A stretch of DNA of 64,000 nt from a virus. The DNA lies in the IMG/VR virus record IMGVR_UViG_3300037843_000280, positions 1 through 64,000 of that record. One strand, written 5' to 3'. The stretch's first letter is position 1. Each line of letters opens with the position of its first letter. Positions 7,445 to 17,800 of the stretch are shown here, piece by piece. A program made the position numbers and the translations under genes. The notes under the pieces are model-generated. The model searched no databases and had not been told where the DNA came from. It worked only from the letters and a program-made list of their open reading frames with translations.

Positions 7445-7696
7445 TCACTCTTCGTCATAAGCCTTCATCGGACAGTCAAACTTGTGCGGAAACGGCTTCT
7501 CGCGGATCGAGGCTATTCTGCCGCACTTGCCGCACTTGAATGCAAGACCTTCTTCGCCGTCCACCATTTCGTAGGCGAAGCCCATCATTACATCCTGGTC
7601 CCCGCGCTTGATCTCGGCGATCTCTTCCGGGGTAAGCTCGTCGTTTTCGTCGTCGAAGTCGCACTCGTCTTCAAAATCCTCGAAATCGCTTGCCAT
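7445..7696 (-). CDS. Acidic Zn-ribbon small protein (83 aa)
   Basis: ORF track. GAGGG RBS. CGKCG...C...C motif. Confidence 0.55.
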   Translation of the reverse strand: MASDFEDFEDECDFDDENDELTPEEIAEIKRGDQDVMMGFAYEMVDGEEGLAFKCGKCGRIASIREKPFPHKFDCPMKAYDEE

Positions 7697-7705
7697 AGGA
7701 CACCC

Positions 7706-7876
7706 TCAAAAGGAACGTATATCAAAGCGGTCGTAGTGCGCCGCGCAGTACCACAGCCTGCCTTTGTCATCGGCGAGAGGGTGACGGCGGTAGTTTATGA
7801 CGTAGTCCACGGCTGGCTCGCCGCAAGCTTCCCATTCGCCGCCAGGCAACTCTATGCGCCAGACGCACGCTTCCAT
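7706..7876 (-). CDS. Small protein (56 aa), paralogue family member (GEPAVDYVINY...RLWYCAAHYDRF)
   Basis: Own translation. Not in the ORF track because it is under 60 aa. Confidence 0.45.
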   Translation of the reverse strand: MEACVWRIELPGGEWEACGEPAVDYVINYRRHPLADDKGRLWYCAAHYDRFDIRSF

Positions 7877-7879
7877 ATT

Positions 7880-8176
7880 TTACGCCCACCCCGTGCCGCC
7901 GCAAGCTTCGCAGCCCTTGCCGCCGCACTCCTTGCAGCGCAGCATCTTCTCAAGCTCCGGGTGCTTCTCCGCGATCTGGGCGTCCTTCTTGGCGCGGCTT
8001 TCGTAGAACGCCTTGAAGAAAGTCTGGCCAGCAGGCGTCTGCTTGAAGCCCGCCTTGAAGCTGAGCAGAAACGCCGTCCAAAACTTGCTGAGGTACCAGT
8101 CCCAAAGCATCTTGAGCGGAAACACCACGGCCGCGCCGATGCCAGCCCAGACCCAATGTGACCAGTGCCCGCTCAT
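7880..8176 (-). CDS. Small membrane protein with C-terminal Zn-ribbon (98 aa)
   Basis: ORF track. Hydrophobic stretches. CKECGGKGCEACGG. Confidence 0.5.
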   Translation of the reverse strand: MSGHWSHWVWAGIGAAVVFPLKMLWDWYLSKFWTAFLLSFKAGFKQTPAGQTFFKAFYESRAKKDAQIAEKHPELEKMLRCKECGGKGCEACGGTGWA

Positions 8177-8179
8177 ATC

Positions 8180-8785
8180 TCAGAAACTCTCCTTGAATGC
8201 TAGCAACGGAGTAATACTATTAAGAGAGACAGCTAGTTCAACCGCCTCCCAGATTTCGTGTGGAACTGCCACATATTTTCTCTGATTATGCGATTGAACA
8301 GATTTGGTTGCCCATCGGCAATTCTTCGGTTCATAATTTCCATTGACTTGCTTTCTGTCAATAGAAAATGTCTCACCAGGTTTCGGCCCCAAGTCAGCGA
8401 AAAAATTTTGAAAGGAGCCACCTTTCTCTGGATTCCAACGGTCGCAGACTGTGATGCCACGCCCGCCGTAACCCGAATAATGTGAATCGTTGGAATTAAA
8501 GCATCTCTGAAGAAGCCCTTCCCATGCGCGATATTCTGAACTTGGCTTTCCTCCAATTGCGTGCCCATGTTTAAGGTTGGCTTGACCCATTCGTTGACTG
8601 TTTTCACGGAGTAAACATTTGCAACTTAAAGTTCGACCGTCTTTAAGATGACAAGCACTTTTGGTGACTACGTTTCCGCAATCACAAAGACATAACCATA
8701 GTGCATTTCCGTGCTTATCCGAACCTTCTCGATTTTGAACGAGAAGGCGACCGAATCTTTGACCCGTTAAATCTGATGATCGCAT
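8180..8785 (-). CDS. HNH homing endonuclease (201 aa)
   Basis: LTGQRFGRL N-terminal motif, a Cys cluster, and NCRWAT...N, typical of the phage HNH_3 family. Confidence 0.6.
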   Translation of the reverse strand: MRSSDLTGQRFGRLLVQNREGSDKHGNALWLCLCDCGNVVTKSACHLKDGRTLSCKCLLRENSQRMGQANLKHGHAIGGKPSSEYRAWEGLLQRCFNSNDSHYSGYGGRGITVCDRWNPEKGGSFQNFFADLGPKPGETFSIDRKQVNGNYEPKNCRWATKSVQSHNQRKYVAVPHEIWEAVELAVSLNSITPLLAFKESF

Positions 8786-8830
8786 ATACCCTCACTATAT
8801 AATACTTTCAAAGTAGGTATATTGTGAGGG

Positions 8831-9493
8831 TCAGAATGATAAAATCCAAGAAAAAATTATATCAACTCCGGCAGGCAAGATGAGCGGCGGTAAAGTCTTA
8901 TAATTCACTAAGATAACCGAGTCCGCCGGGCCGGGAGGCGTGGCGCTTGGATTGAAGAACGGCGCGGTCACCATGTTCGTCGGCTGCCCGCCAGCGCCGA
9001 CCAGCGTTCCGCCGCCAATCAATCCCATCTCGCGGATGCTCTGAGTGATGTTGTCGGTGGTGGCGTTGACCGTGGTCTGGAAGTCCACCATCGTGCTGAA
9101 CTGATTGACTGGGTTGAAATTGGCGTCCACGAAGTTGATCTGCGAAAGCGGCTTGCGCAAGAACTGAGAGATAAGCGCCGTTTGGACGGGGGAGGGGTCA
9201 GGCTGCGTCTCGGGTGCCCAGCTTGGGGAGCCAGCGCCTAGCGCCAAGCCCCACACGCCGTACAGCGGGTCCGCGCTGACGCCCGCCTGCCCGAGGGTAT
9301 AGGGCACGGCGGGGGAATTCGGCAAAGCGTTCGCACAAAGTCTTGAAAATAAAAATTTCACGACGTTCACGATGATGTTGTGACCCGTCCAGAGCATCTC
9401 GCCGTTGTCCGCCCGCATGACGCGGATGTTGATCCTGGCGGGCTTCATGTCCACGATGTCCGTGCCAAGCTGTATTTTCCTGATTTCATTCAT
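8831..9493 (-). CDS. Virion structural protein (220 aa)
   Basis: ORF track. Last gene of the fibre operon. AGAGG RBS. Confidence 0.5.
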   Translation of the reverse strand: MNEIRKIQLGTDIVDMKPARINIRVMRADNGEMLWTGHNIIVNVVKFLFSRLCANALPNSPAVPYTLGQAGVSADPLYGVWGLALGAGSPSWAPETQPDPSPVQTALISQFLRKPLSQINFVDANFNPVNQFSTMVDFQTTVNATTDNITQSIREMGLIGGGTLVGAGGQPTNMVTAPFFNPSATPPGPADSVILVNYKTLPPLILPAGVDIIFSWILSF

Positions 9494-9504
9494 AAATTCG
9501 CCTC

Positions 9505-10947
9505 TTAAATGGCTCCCTTAGCCTCAATACCAGATTCCACAGGCTTTGCCTCGGTGAAGTCCTTGTCCGTGATGGCGCGGAAGCCGACGCGCTGCACGCG
9601 GCCGTCGCTGCGCAGGTGGTACACCTGCCAGTTGCCGTCGTCCAGCTTGACACCATAGCGGTGGATGAAGTAGTTCGGGATGATGATAACGTTCTTGCCC
9701 TCGAACGTCCCGTAGTAGCCCACGCGGTCGATCACCATCTTGCCCTCGAAGATCGGCTTCCCGGCGAGGCCGTCGCGGATCAGGCGCTTCTGGAGCTTGT
9801 CGAGCGGCACGAGGTCGTCGTATGTCTTCTCCGGCTTCTTGTAGACCATCTTGCCGTCTTCGCTCTTGTGCCAGACCTGGTCCGGTCGGATCGAGTCCTT
9901 GCGCACCTGCGTGTTCGGCTGCGGGGCTTCCGGCTCGGCGGCTTCCTTGACTTCATCCTTCGGAGCCTCCTTCATGTCCTTTGGCTGCTCAAGAATCTCC
10001 TGCGGGATCATCGTCCACTTGAAGCGATTGCGCGGCACGGGGAAGTTCAGCAGCCGCATCTTGCGGAACGTCGGGCGTCCGGGGAAAATCTGCGAGCGCC
10101 CGTCGGGGAACTTGGCGATCCAGTCCTGCGGACCGTGGTACAGCGCCATATCGCCGCCCGCGACCGCCTCGGGCTGGTACGTCATGCCTTCCACGGAAAT
10201 CGCACGCGGGATGCCGTTGAGCGGGGCGGCCTTCATCTCCTGCTCGTTCACGAAACTCACGGGCGCGGTGAAGTCCACGTTGCCCTTCTTGAGCGCCTTG
10301 AGAAGCTGGTTCTTGAACTGTTTTCCCGTGCCTATCGGGATCGTCCCCGTGGCGCGGCCAAGCTGGTCGTACACGATCACGAACATCGGCTTCGGTTGCT
10401 GCCTGAGCGAGCGGTTGCGGTACTGCCTGATCACGCGGGCGGTGTCGCTCGGCTTCGTCTTCTGCTTCGGCGAGTACGTAAGCTCGATGTGGCGGATTTT
10501 TGGCTCGCGCTTGATCTTCTTCGCAGACCCGGTCACCACGTGCTCCTGCGTCGCGTTGATGAAGTCCATCGGAATCTCGAACGTGCCCTCGTAAATTTGA
10601 ACGGTTGGGTCTTGTCCTATGGAGTCCTGCTCCTTCGCCGTGTCCGCCTCGGTACTCATGCCCTTGAACGCGGACAGCACAGTCTGGTACATCTTGACAA
10701 TCACAGGCTCCTCATACTGTTGCGCGAGCATGAACGCGGCGACCTCGTCGCACAGTACGTTGATAGCCTCGGCGATAAGCTCGGACATGGCGCGAGGCCC
10801 GCCCTCGGCGAGCGGCAGGTTCATCGAAAACACAGTAAAATTGGGAATTCCGAGGTCAAGATTTAGAGATACTCTTGGATGTGCGTCTCGGATTATGGCT
10901 ATTTCCAAGATACCGTGTGGCGGTGAGACATAAGAATGTTTTTCCAT
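9505..10947 (-). CDS. Virion structural protein (480 aa)
   Basis: ORF track. Sits in the late operon. Confidence 0.5.
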   Translation of the reverse strand: MEKHSYVSPPHGILEIAIIRDAHPRVSLNLDLGIPNFTVFSMNLPLAEGGPRAMSELIAEAINVLCDEVAAFMLAQQYEEPVIVKMYQTVLSAFKGMSTEADTAKEQDSIGQDPTVQIYEGTFEIPMDFINATQEHVVTGSAKKIKREPKIRHIELTYSPKQKTKPSDTARVIRQYRNRSLRQQPKPMFVIVYDQLGRATGTIPIGTGKQFKNQLLKALKKGNVDFTAPVSFVNEQEMKAAPLNGIPRAISVEGMTYQPEAVAGGDMALYHGPQDWIAKFPDGRSQIFPGRPTFRKMRLLNFPVPRNRFKWTMIPQEILEQPKDMKEAPKDEVKEAAEPEAPQPNTQVRKDSIRPDQVWHKSEDGKMVYKKPEKTYDDLVPLDKLQKRLIRDGLAGKPIFEGKMVIDRVGYYGTFEGKNVIIIPNYFIHRYGVKLDDGNWQVYHLRSDGRVQRVGFRAITDKDFTEAKPVESGIEAKGAI

Positions 10948-10949
10948 AC

Positions 10950-11588
10950 TTACACTTTCAAAAGCTGGCAGAACTCACACTTTGGACTGATGACTGCTCG
11001 ATCTCGATGATAACGGTTATGCCCGCTCAGTCGCCCATAATAACTTGCCATTAGCTTAACTTCTTCAGCGTGATGTTTTCCAAACATAGGATTTTTTGCG
11101 CCCAGCGTTCTAACTGATAATGCTCGGTGCCGATCTTTAGACGAATTAGCCCAAGATTGTTTGCTTCCCTCTCCGACTCTTTGACGATGTTGAGTTGAAA
11201 GCTTTCGACCCGTCATTTTTCTTCGCTGTTTTAGCTTTTGCTCCTCACTAGCACGTACTCCTAATCGACTTCTTGCTCGCGGGCATATGTTGTATCCGAC
11301 TTTTCTATCAAAGGATTTGATTTGATCAAGCCAAACTTGTTCATGAGGTATCAACAAAGCATAATCCGGCACCTTTTCTACTACTTCAAAAGAAAAAGCA
11401 GATTCCCCATATTTATTCCAAGCTCGTTGCAAATAGGGATTTTCATGAACACCTCGCTGAAGAGACGATGAATGATCCTGCCATCGTCTCTTAATGTCCA
11501 CGGCTGAGCCGATGTACACCTTGCCGTTGACGCCATTCTTGATGGCGTAAATGCCGCTGACTCCGTAGTTTAAGTCTAAGTGTCTCAT
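10950..11588 (-). CDS. GIY-YIG homing endonuclease with NUMOD3-like repeats (trimmed start MRHLD)
   Basis: GIYAIKNGVNGKVYIGSAVDIKRRWQDH motif. Free-standing between structural genes. Confidence 0.7.
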   Translation of the reverse strand: MRHLDLNYGVSGIYAIKNGVNGKVYIGSAVDIKRRWQDHSSSLQRGVHENPYLQRAWNKYGESAFSFEVVEKVPDYALLIPHEQVWLDQIKSFDRKVGYNICPRARSRLGVRASEEQKLKQRRKMTGRKLSTQHRQRVGEGSKQSWANSSKDRHRALSVRTLGAKNPMFGKHHAEEVKLMASYYGRLSGHNRYHRDRAVISPKCEFCQLLKV

Positions 11589-11592
11589 GCTA

Positions 11593-14061
11593 TTAGTATA
11601 ACCCAAAAATGAACAACTCGTCGCCGCCCGAGATTTCCCAGCACAAATCCAACCTCGGCGCGACGAGACCGTACAGGTGGTTCGGGTCCACGTTGCCGAC
11701 CTCGCCTGTTGGAGGCGGGGGCGTGCTCCCGGTGCCCATGTTCAAAATCTGCACCCAGCCGGTCGGGGCGCTGAAGGTGTTCTTGCCGATGTTGCGCCAC
11801 ATGACGGTGCCGTCCGTAGTGCCGCCGTTCGCCGACTGGCTCCAAGATGGCGCAGGCGACGCCTGCGACACCCCGGCGTTCAGCGCAAGCTGCTGGTTGC
11901 CGTTCGAGTCAACGACGATCTGGCCTTGGAACACGGTGCCGCCCGGTACCCAGCTTGACCCGATGCCAACACCGGACACTGCGATGGGCGGTTGCCCGAG
12001 GACATACGCGCCATTGCTGAGGTAGTAGGCGGACTGGAGGGTCGGCGAGAGCATGCCAGCGTTCGCTTGGACGCTCGGCGATTGGAGCGCCGCGACGGCG
12101 GCGTTCGCGATCTGGAACGTGGACACCTCGGCTGTGCCGGCCGCCGACACAACATTGATGTTCGGGGAGGTGAAATTCGCCGTGAATGCTATAGGCGTGG
12201 TCGAGAGGACGACCAATGTCTGACCGTTCAGGGATGGGATGCCGGTGTTGGCGAATGTCACCAGCATACCGGGGGCGAAGCTGTTCGGGGAAGTGACGGT
12301 GAGGACGTTCGCGCTGACTTGCAGCGCGAGCACGTTGGCGACAAGGTTGTACACGTCGTGGATCGGGGCGGTGACGTTGAGCGGCGGCGCACTGAACCCT
12401 TGAATAGTGACATATTCGCCCTCGTGGAGGAACTGCGTCGTCGGCACGTAGGTGTACGTGGCGTTCTTCCCGTCCGACATGCCGTTGATGATGTTGACGA
12501 ACACCGTGGGGAGCGCCTGCCACTGCGGGGGCGTAAGCTGCGCGGAGAGCCTCCTGCCGTATGCGGCGACGGTCGTCTTCGGGTTCGCGGGGTCGAGCGG
12601 GATCGGGGTGCCCTTGCTGTCCTTCGCCACGGTGCCGTCCGGGTTGAGCTTGAAGTTGGAGAGCGGCGCGATCCACAGCATCGGATTGAGAAACGGCGGC
12701 GGCTCGATCTGCTTCACGAATATGCGCAGTGTGTCGGTTATGCCCGAGGGCACGGTCTCGCAGGGCACGCAGCAGAGGTTGGTGTAAAGCTGCTGGTACA
12801 GGGCGCTCCACGTGGGATTGAGGGCTTGGAACTGCACGGTCGTGATGTCGGCCGGCAGACCGAACGTCGCCGTTCCTGTGGTTTCTGCCTGCGTCGGGTA
12901 GTTCGAGTGGGCGAAGCTTGCCGTGAATGTGCTGCCGGACACGCTGGTCACCGTGAGGGGCACGCCGTTCAGGAACGTCGATACCCCGAGGTTGACGAGC
13001 TTGACGACCGTGCCTGCCGATAGCGGGACGGCGAAGCTGAGGTTCACCGTGAGAACATTGAACGTTACGGAGGTGCTCACCACTGCCGGGGAGACGCCCG
13101 TCCACGTAATCTGATTGTCGGCTGTGGTCGTGCCGATTAGATTGCCGTGGATGTCCAACGTCGCGCCCACAGTGCTCCAGGTCGGCTGCAAGGCCCCACT
13201 GGTGTTCGGGAACGCGCCTATGCTGGTGGCGATCTGGAAATTCCCGTTGGAGTCGCGGAGCAAGCTGTCCAAAGGAAACATGGTGGTCTTTTGCCAGTAC
13301 TGCGCGGGGTTGATCTCCGTGTACCCCGTGAACTGGAAAAACGCCTGCTCGTCCGTTGGAAGCTGGACGAACTGCTGCTGCGTCACGTTCTGCGGCGCGA
13401 GGATGCACTGCAAGTCCTCGCCCTCGCCGAAGATAGTCGTGAACTCCAGCCCGACGTGCGCTGGCTTGGCGAGCGCGATGGCGTTGTAGAGGCTGTGAAC
13501 GATGGCCTGAAGCTGGAACAGCGAGGTGACCGTGGTCAGGGGGTTCGACCCAGTACCCCCAACCTGCACGGACACGCTGATTGCGTTGCGGTCGGACTGG
13601 TCGTAAACGCCGTTCCCGATCAGTTTGTAAAGCTCGACCACGTTGATGGAGATTCCCGTGTACGCAAAAATAACGTCGTGGATCGCCTTGACGGTCGTCC
13701 CCTCCAGGTACGCGGAGATAAGCTCGACAAGCATTTGCTTATACTGCGTGTCGAACTGCCCCAGCGAGGGCCAGTTCGAGGAGATGTACAGCGGTGCTGC
13801 CCAGCGGCGGCGTATGTCGGGGGGCGTCAGCAGGCTCGGGTCCTTGTTGACGAGGTCGTACGAGTAGTCGTAGTCGAGCTTCGCAAGCTCGATTGCAAGC
13901 GCCCTGACGAAGTTCCCCCAGATTGACTGATCATTCCTGGTTGAATAAAAATCAGCCACAGCTTGCAGTAAAGAATTCAGCCTAGCATCTTCGTATCTCA
14001 ACAAGTCTTCGCGACTGCGGAGATAGAGCAGGTCTGGGTTGTTGTTGAGCGGGTTAGCCAT
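11593..14061 (-). CDS. Large structural/fibre protein (822 aa) with FLNGQ-type repeats; ends with TAA TAG
   Basis: ORF track. Contains repeats STFLNGVPLTVTS...FTASF and PSLNGQTLVVLSTTPIAFTANF. Confidence 0.6.
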   Translation of the reverse strand: MANPLNNNPDLLYLRSREDLLRYEDARLNSLLQAVADFYSTRNDQSIWGNFVRALAIELAKLDYDYSYDLVNKDPSLLTPPDIRRRWAAPLYISSNWPSLGQFDTQYKQMLVELISAYLEGTTVKAIHDVIFAYTGISINVVELYKLIGNGVYDQSDRNAISVSVQVGGTGSNPLTTVTSLFQLQAIVHSLYNAIALAKPAHVGLEFTTIFGEGEDLQCILAPQNVTQQQFVQLPTDEQAFFQFTGYTEINPAQYWQKTTMFPLDSLLRDSNGNFQIATSIGAFPNTSGALQPTWSTVGATLDIHGNLIGTTTADNQITWTGVSPAVVSTSVTFNVLTVNLSFAVPLSAGTVVKLVNLGVSTFLNGVPLTVTSVSGSTFTASFAHSNYPTQAETTGTATFGLPADITTVQFQALNPTWSALYQQLYTNLCCVPCETVPSGITDTLRIFVKQIEPPPFLNPMLWIAPLSNFKLNPDGTVAKDSKGTPIPLDPANPKTTVAAYGRRLSAQLTPPQWQALPTVFVNIINGMSDGKNATYTYVPTTQFLHEGEYVTIQGFSAPPLNVTAPIHDVYNLVANVLALQVSANVLTVTSPNSFAPGMLVTFANTGIPSLNGQTLVVLSTTPIAFTANFTSPNINVVSAAGTAEVSTFQIANAAVAALQSPSVQANAGMLSPTLQSAYYLSNGAYVLGQPPIAVSGVGIGSSWVPGGTVFQGQIVVDSNGNQQLALNAGVSQASPAPSWSQSANGGTTDGTVMWRNIGKNTFSAPTGWVQILNMGTGSTPPPPTGEVGNVDPNHLYGLVAPRLDLCWEISGGDELFIFGLY

Positions 14062-14863
14062 TAGACACCGCCCTTTTTGCTAGTCGGCATTCAACCATAT
14101 GACGGATGTGTTCCGCAGAAACACCACGTTTCTTGGCGGCTTCGCTCATGCGCTTCTTAGTGTCTTCGGTGCGCTTCTTGCCTTTCAAAGCGGCAGAACG
14201 TTTTTGTAGTGTTTCTACAGACGGGTACCTGCCAGTAAGAGCCTCGCTCATTTTTCGACGCGATTCTTCTGTATGTCTCTTACCAAAGAACGGATTTTTG
14301 TCGCCAGAAATAGAGACGCTTACTGACTGGCTAATTTTTTCTTTTGTCTCTTCGGAAAGATGCCTACCGAGCATCCAACGTGGGCTTGCCAAGCTTCTCA
14401 TGCGTCGTTCTTCTTCGGATTGTTTGCGGCCGAGGCAGTTTGTATTCCCAATCATGGCTTTAGATCGTTTAGCGACGTGTTCAGGAGATTGCTTAGTGCC
14501 CAGCTTGGCGGCGCTCATTTTGGCTCTGTCTTCCGAAGAACGTTTTTTACCGCTCCAGTAATCAGCCCCCTCCCCCCCTGAAGTCAAGTTATAGCCGAAT
14601 TGACAATCATTGGCTCTGTGCTTGGCGATATAGTATTTTTCCTGAGTAGAAAGGTCTTCTCTGGAAGTTGCATAACCAGACAACATACAAACTTCAAAAG
14701 CGTCCTTACCGTACATTCGTATGGCGTTGTACAGATATGGGCAGTAGTTTTTGCCCGCAAGGGCGAACTTGAAGTGCTCGTTTTCTCGCAACCCGAAGCG
14801 GCGAAAGCTCTTGCCAACGTAAATCTTACCGTCTAGCTTGTTAATGATGACGTAGATATGCAT
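14054..14863 (-). CDS. GIY-YIG homing endonuclease with three NUMOD3-like repeats (269 aa)
   Basis: IYVIINKLDGKIYVGKS motif. Repeats HSEETKEKISQS, HTEESRRKMSEA and RTEDTKKRMSEA. Confidence 0.7.
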   Translation of the reverse strand: MHIYVIINKLDGKIYVGKSFRRFGLRENEHFKFALAGKNYCPYLYNAIRMYGKDAFEVCMLSGYATSREDLSTQEKYYIAKHRANDCQFGYNLTSGGEGADYWSGKKRSSEDRAKMSAAKLGTKQSPEHVAKRSKAMIGNTNCLGRKQSEEERRMRSLASPRWMLGRHLSEETKEKISQSVSVSISGDKNPFFGKRHTEESRRKMSEALTGRYPSVETLQKRSAALKGKKRTEDTKKRMSEAAKKRGVSAEHIRHMVECRLAKRAVSNG

Positions 14864-14874
14864 ATACTTAGGGA

Positions 14875-17800
14875 TTACGAAGTCGGATTGCTAACATAAT
14901 TGATGGTGATCGTGCCGGGGGCAAGGTACTCGGTCGGCGACACCGTCACGTCCTTTGCTCCGCCCTCGTTGAAGACTTGGTATGTCACAAAAAAGCTTAA
15001 TTGCGCCGGGGTGGGCACGTCGAGGGGAATCGTCAACGCGACCTTCCCGCTGTTGACCGGATCGTCCGTGCCGTAGATGTAGAACGAGCCGGGCGAGGCG
15101 TTCACGACGCCCGGAGCAACCGCAAGATGCGGCACGGCCGGGCTGTTGGTCTGGAAGTCCAACAAGGACGTGGCACGACGGAAGACCTGGCCTTGGTAGA
15201 GCAGGTCAACGATTGCGGTCGGCTCGCCCCCGGTCGGGATGGTGCTGTCGGGCAGCACCGAGTTGGTGCTGATCCACGCGTTGTTCGAGGTATTCGTCTG
15301 CGTCCATACCGTCCCGGTCGGAATGACGATGCCGATGTCATATGAGCCGTTGCTCTTCGCGCACTTGATGAGCGGAAGCTCCACGCTCTGCACGCCCGTG
15401 ATCGCCTGCACTTGGCTCACAAGCTCGGACTGGTACAGCGTCGTCGAAGAGTTGTCGAGCACCACGTTGATCGCGGTGCGGATGACCGGATCGACCGTCG
15501 CGGCGTTGGCGTTTGCGTCGAGCGTGACCGTCATGGTGATGTCAACGTCGTTGGCAATCTCCGCCTTGATAAGCACGTCCGCAGCGGCCGATTTCGTCTG
15601 CGCGATGGTGTTCGCGAGAAGCTCGACGAACGTCGGGTACTGCGTGGAGACCGTGAAGGTCTCGGTCACAAAATACGACACCGACACGGTGCCGCCGTCC
15701 GGGATGCGCCCCGTCAAGATACGTGCAAGCGTGGCGGAGCCGGAGACCGGATCGACCGTCAGCGTGAAGTCGATGTTCTCCTTCATCACGACGTTCGAAA
15801 CGCCGTTGTAGTACACGACCTTGATGTAGCGGCTGGCGTAGGGAATCTGGTTGCCGACGAGACCGCTCGGGTCGAACGTGGCGGAGCCGACCACATCCAG
15901 CCCCCCGTCGTTGCCGAAGTTCCCGTTCCATCCGTCGAGAATAAGCGCCAGAGGATTGAAGCTGAACGGGGGCACGGCAGGAAGATTGCTGGTATTCGCT
16001 TGGCTTGAATTGAAGACTCCGGTGCTGTAGCTTTGCGGCAGCCAGGTGTTCTGCACGAAGCCGTCGTTGTCCAGTGTGGTGGGCAGCGTCCCGCTGAGCA
16101 CCTGCGACTCGCCGGAGACAAAGGACAGCCGCTCGTAGAGAACGTATTCGTTGTAGGAAACGATGACCTGCTGCCCGGCTTGTATCGCGCTCCCGGTGAC
16201 GACGCCCGAAGTCAGCGTCGGGCCGGTGTTCGCAAAGTGGAACGTGGCCGTGAACTGGGTCGGCGAAGCCGTGCCGATCACGACAGTTTGTCCGTTGAGG
16301 ATCGAAGCGAATGTGGGATCGACAATTCCGCTAAGCTGCACAGTTGCACCCACGCCAAAGTCATTGGGCACGGTCACAGTCAGGACATTGTTCACGATCT
16401 GAAGCTGCGTCAGCGTCACGGATGACGTGAGCGGCTGGATGCCATACTCGCGGTACGGGCCGTAGGCGACGATGCTGTAGTCCGTGCCAAACTGGTAGAG
16501 AGTGGACAGGTCGAGGCTTCTCACGCTCAACACGTTCAGCGGAACCCCGTTCGGGCCGAGGGGCTGGTTCATGCCGATGTCGATGAGCGTCGGCGCGGTC
16601 AGCGGGCCGATAGTGACGGTGGACTGGGTCGGTGCGCTGGTCAACAAGACCTGCACGATGTCACCCGCGTCGTTCGACCCCCCGTACAGGAGGAAATCGG
16701 ATGTGTGAATCAGGGTCACGTCGCTGCTGGGCAGGACGCCCGATTCGGTGGCCGACCCCGTGACGGAATAGACCTGAAGCACGGGCTGGAGCGCAGGGAC
16801 ATGCAAGAACGGCGACGCCAGCCTCATGAAGAGCGCAAAAGAATACGTGCCGGTTGAAGCGCCGGACAGCGCGGCAAGGGCAGCTTGGTTGGTCGCCGGA
16901 ACGCCATTGAGCAGGAGGGGGACTTTCGCCTGCGTGACCGAGTTGCCGACATACTGGTAGGCGATGTCCCCGTTATTGAGGATAATCTGTCCCGTCGTGA
17001 CGTTGAACTGGGCGCGGTCGAGGGACAGGTAGAAGCTGTTGGACGAGCGGCTTACGAAAAGTTCCACGCCGTCGTATGGCGGGAAAGCCAAGGTGTTGTA
17101 GTTCGCTATCTGGAACGTGTTGCTGCCGATATATGCCAGCGTTGAGTATGTGTTGGTGGTTCCGTACACGCCGTTGTTGGCGTATGAGAATGGGACGAAT
17201 TCGTCCTGTTGCGAGAAGGTCGTACCCCTCGCGTAAATGTCAACCGCGCCGAATACGTGCTTTAGGCGGGTGGGGTCCCAGTCGCGCAGCATATAAAGGT
17301 CGCCCGCCGCGACAACTTGCGCGGAGATGACGCCGGGCGTGCTGAGGGCGGTGACGAGGTAACCGTTGGCGGAACTGCTGTCATTGCCCGTGAACTTACG
17401 AGCTTGGATGCGGGCGGCGAATGCGGAGTTCGATTCCTGGTCCTGACCAAACTGAGCGCCCACGAGGTTCGTGACGTTGATCCCGGAGGGGACGCCGCTC
17501 ACCGTTTGCCTGATGGTACCTGCGCCGACATTGCCCACGGAGCCGGGCTGCGTGCATTGGGCTGGCACGCTGACGCCCCACCATCCCGCGTTCGAATTGA
17601 AGAACGAAGCGAGGTTGGCGATGTTGATGGTGCCCTGACCTTGCGTGGTGAACACTAGCGCCGACGTTGCGCTGTCGGGAACCGTGGACACTGTCGCGCC
17701 CTCCGGTATCGTGATACTGGACGTCGGCTGCTGGTACGTGTAGAAGGTCAGCACCACTGTCGCCTGCTCCGAGCCGAGGCGGGTCAGCCCCGCGCCCTCG

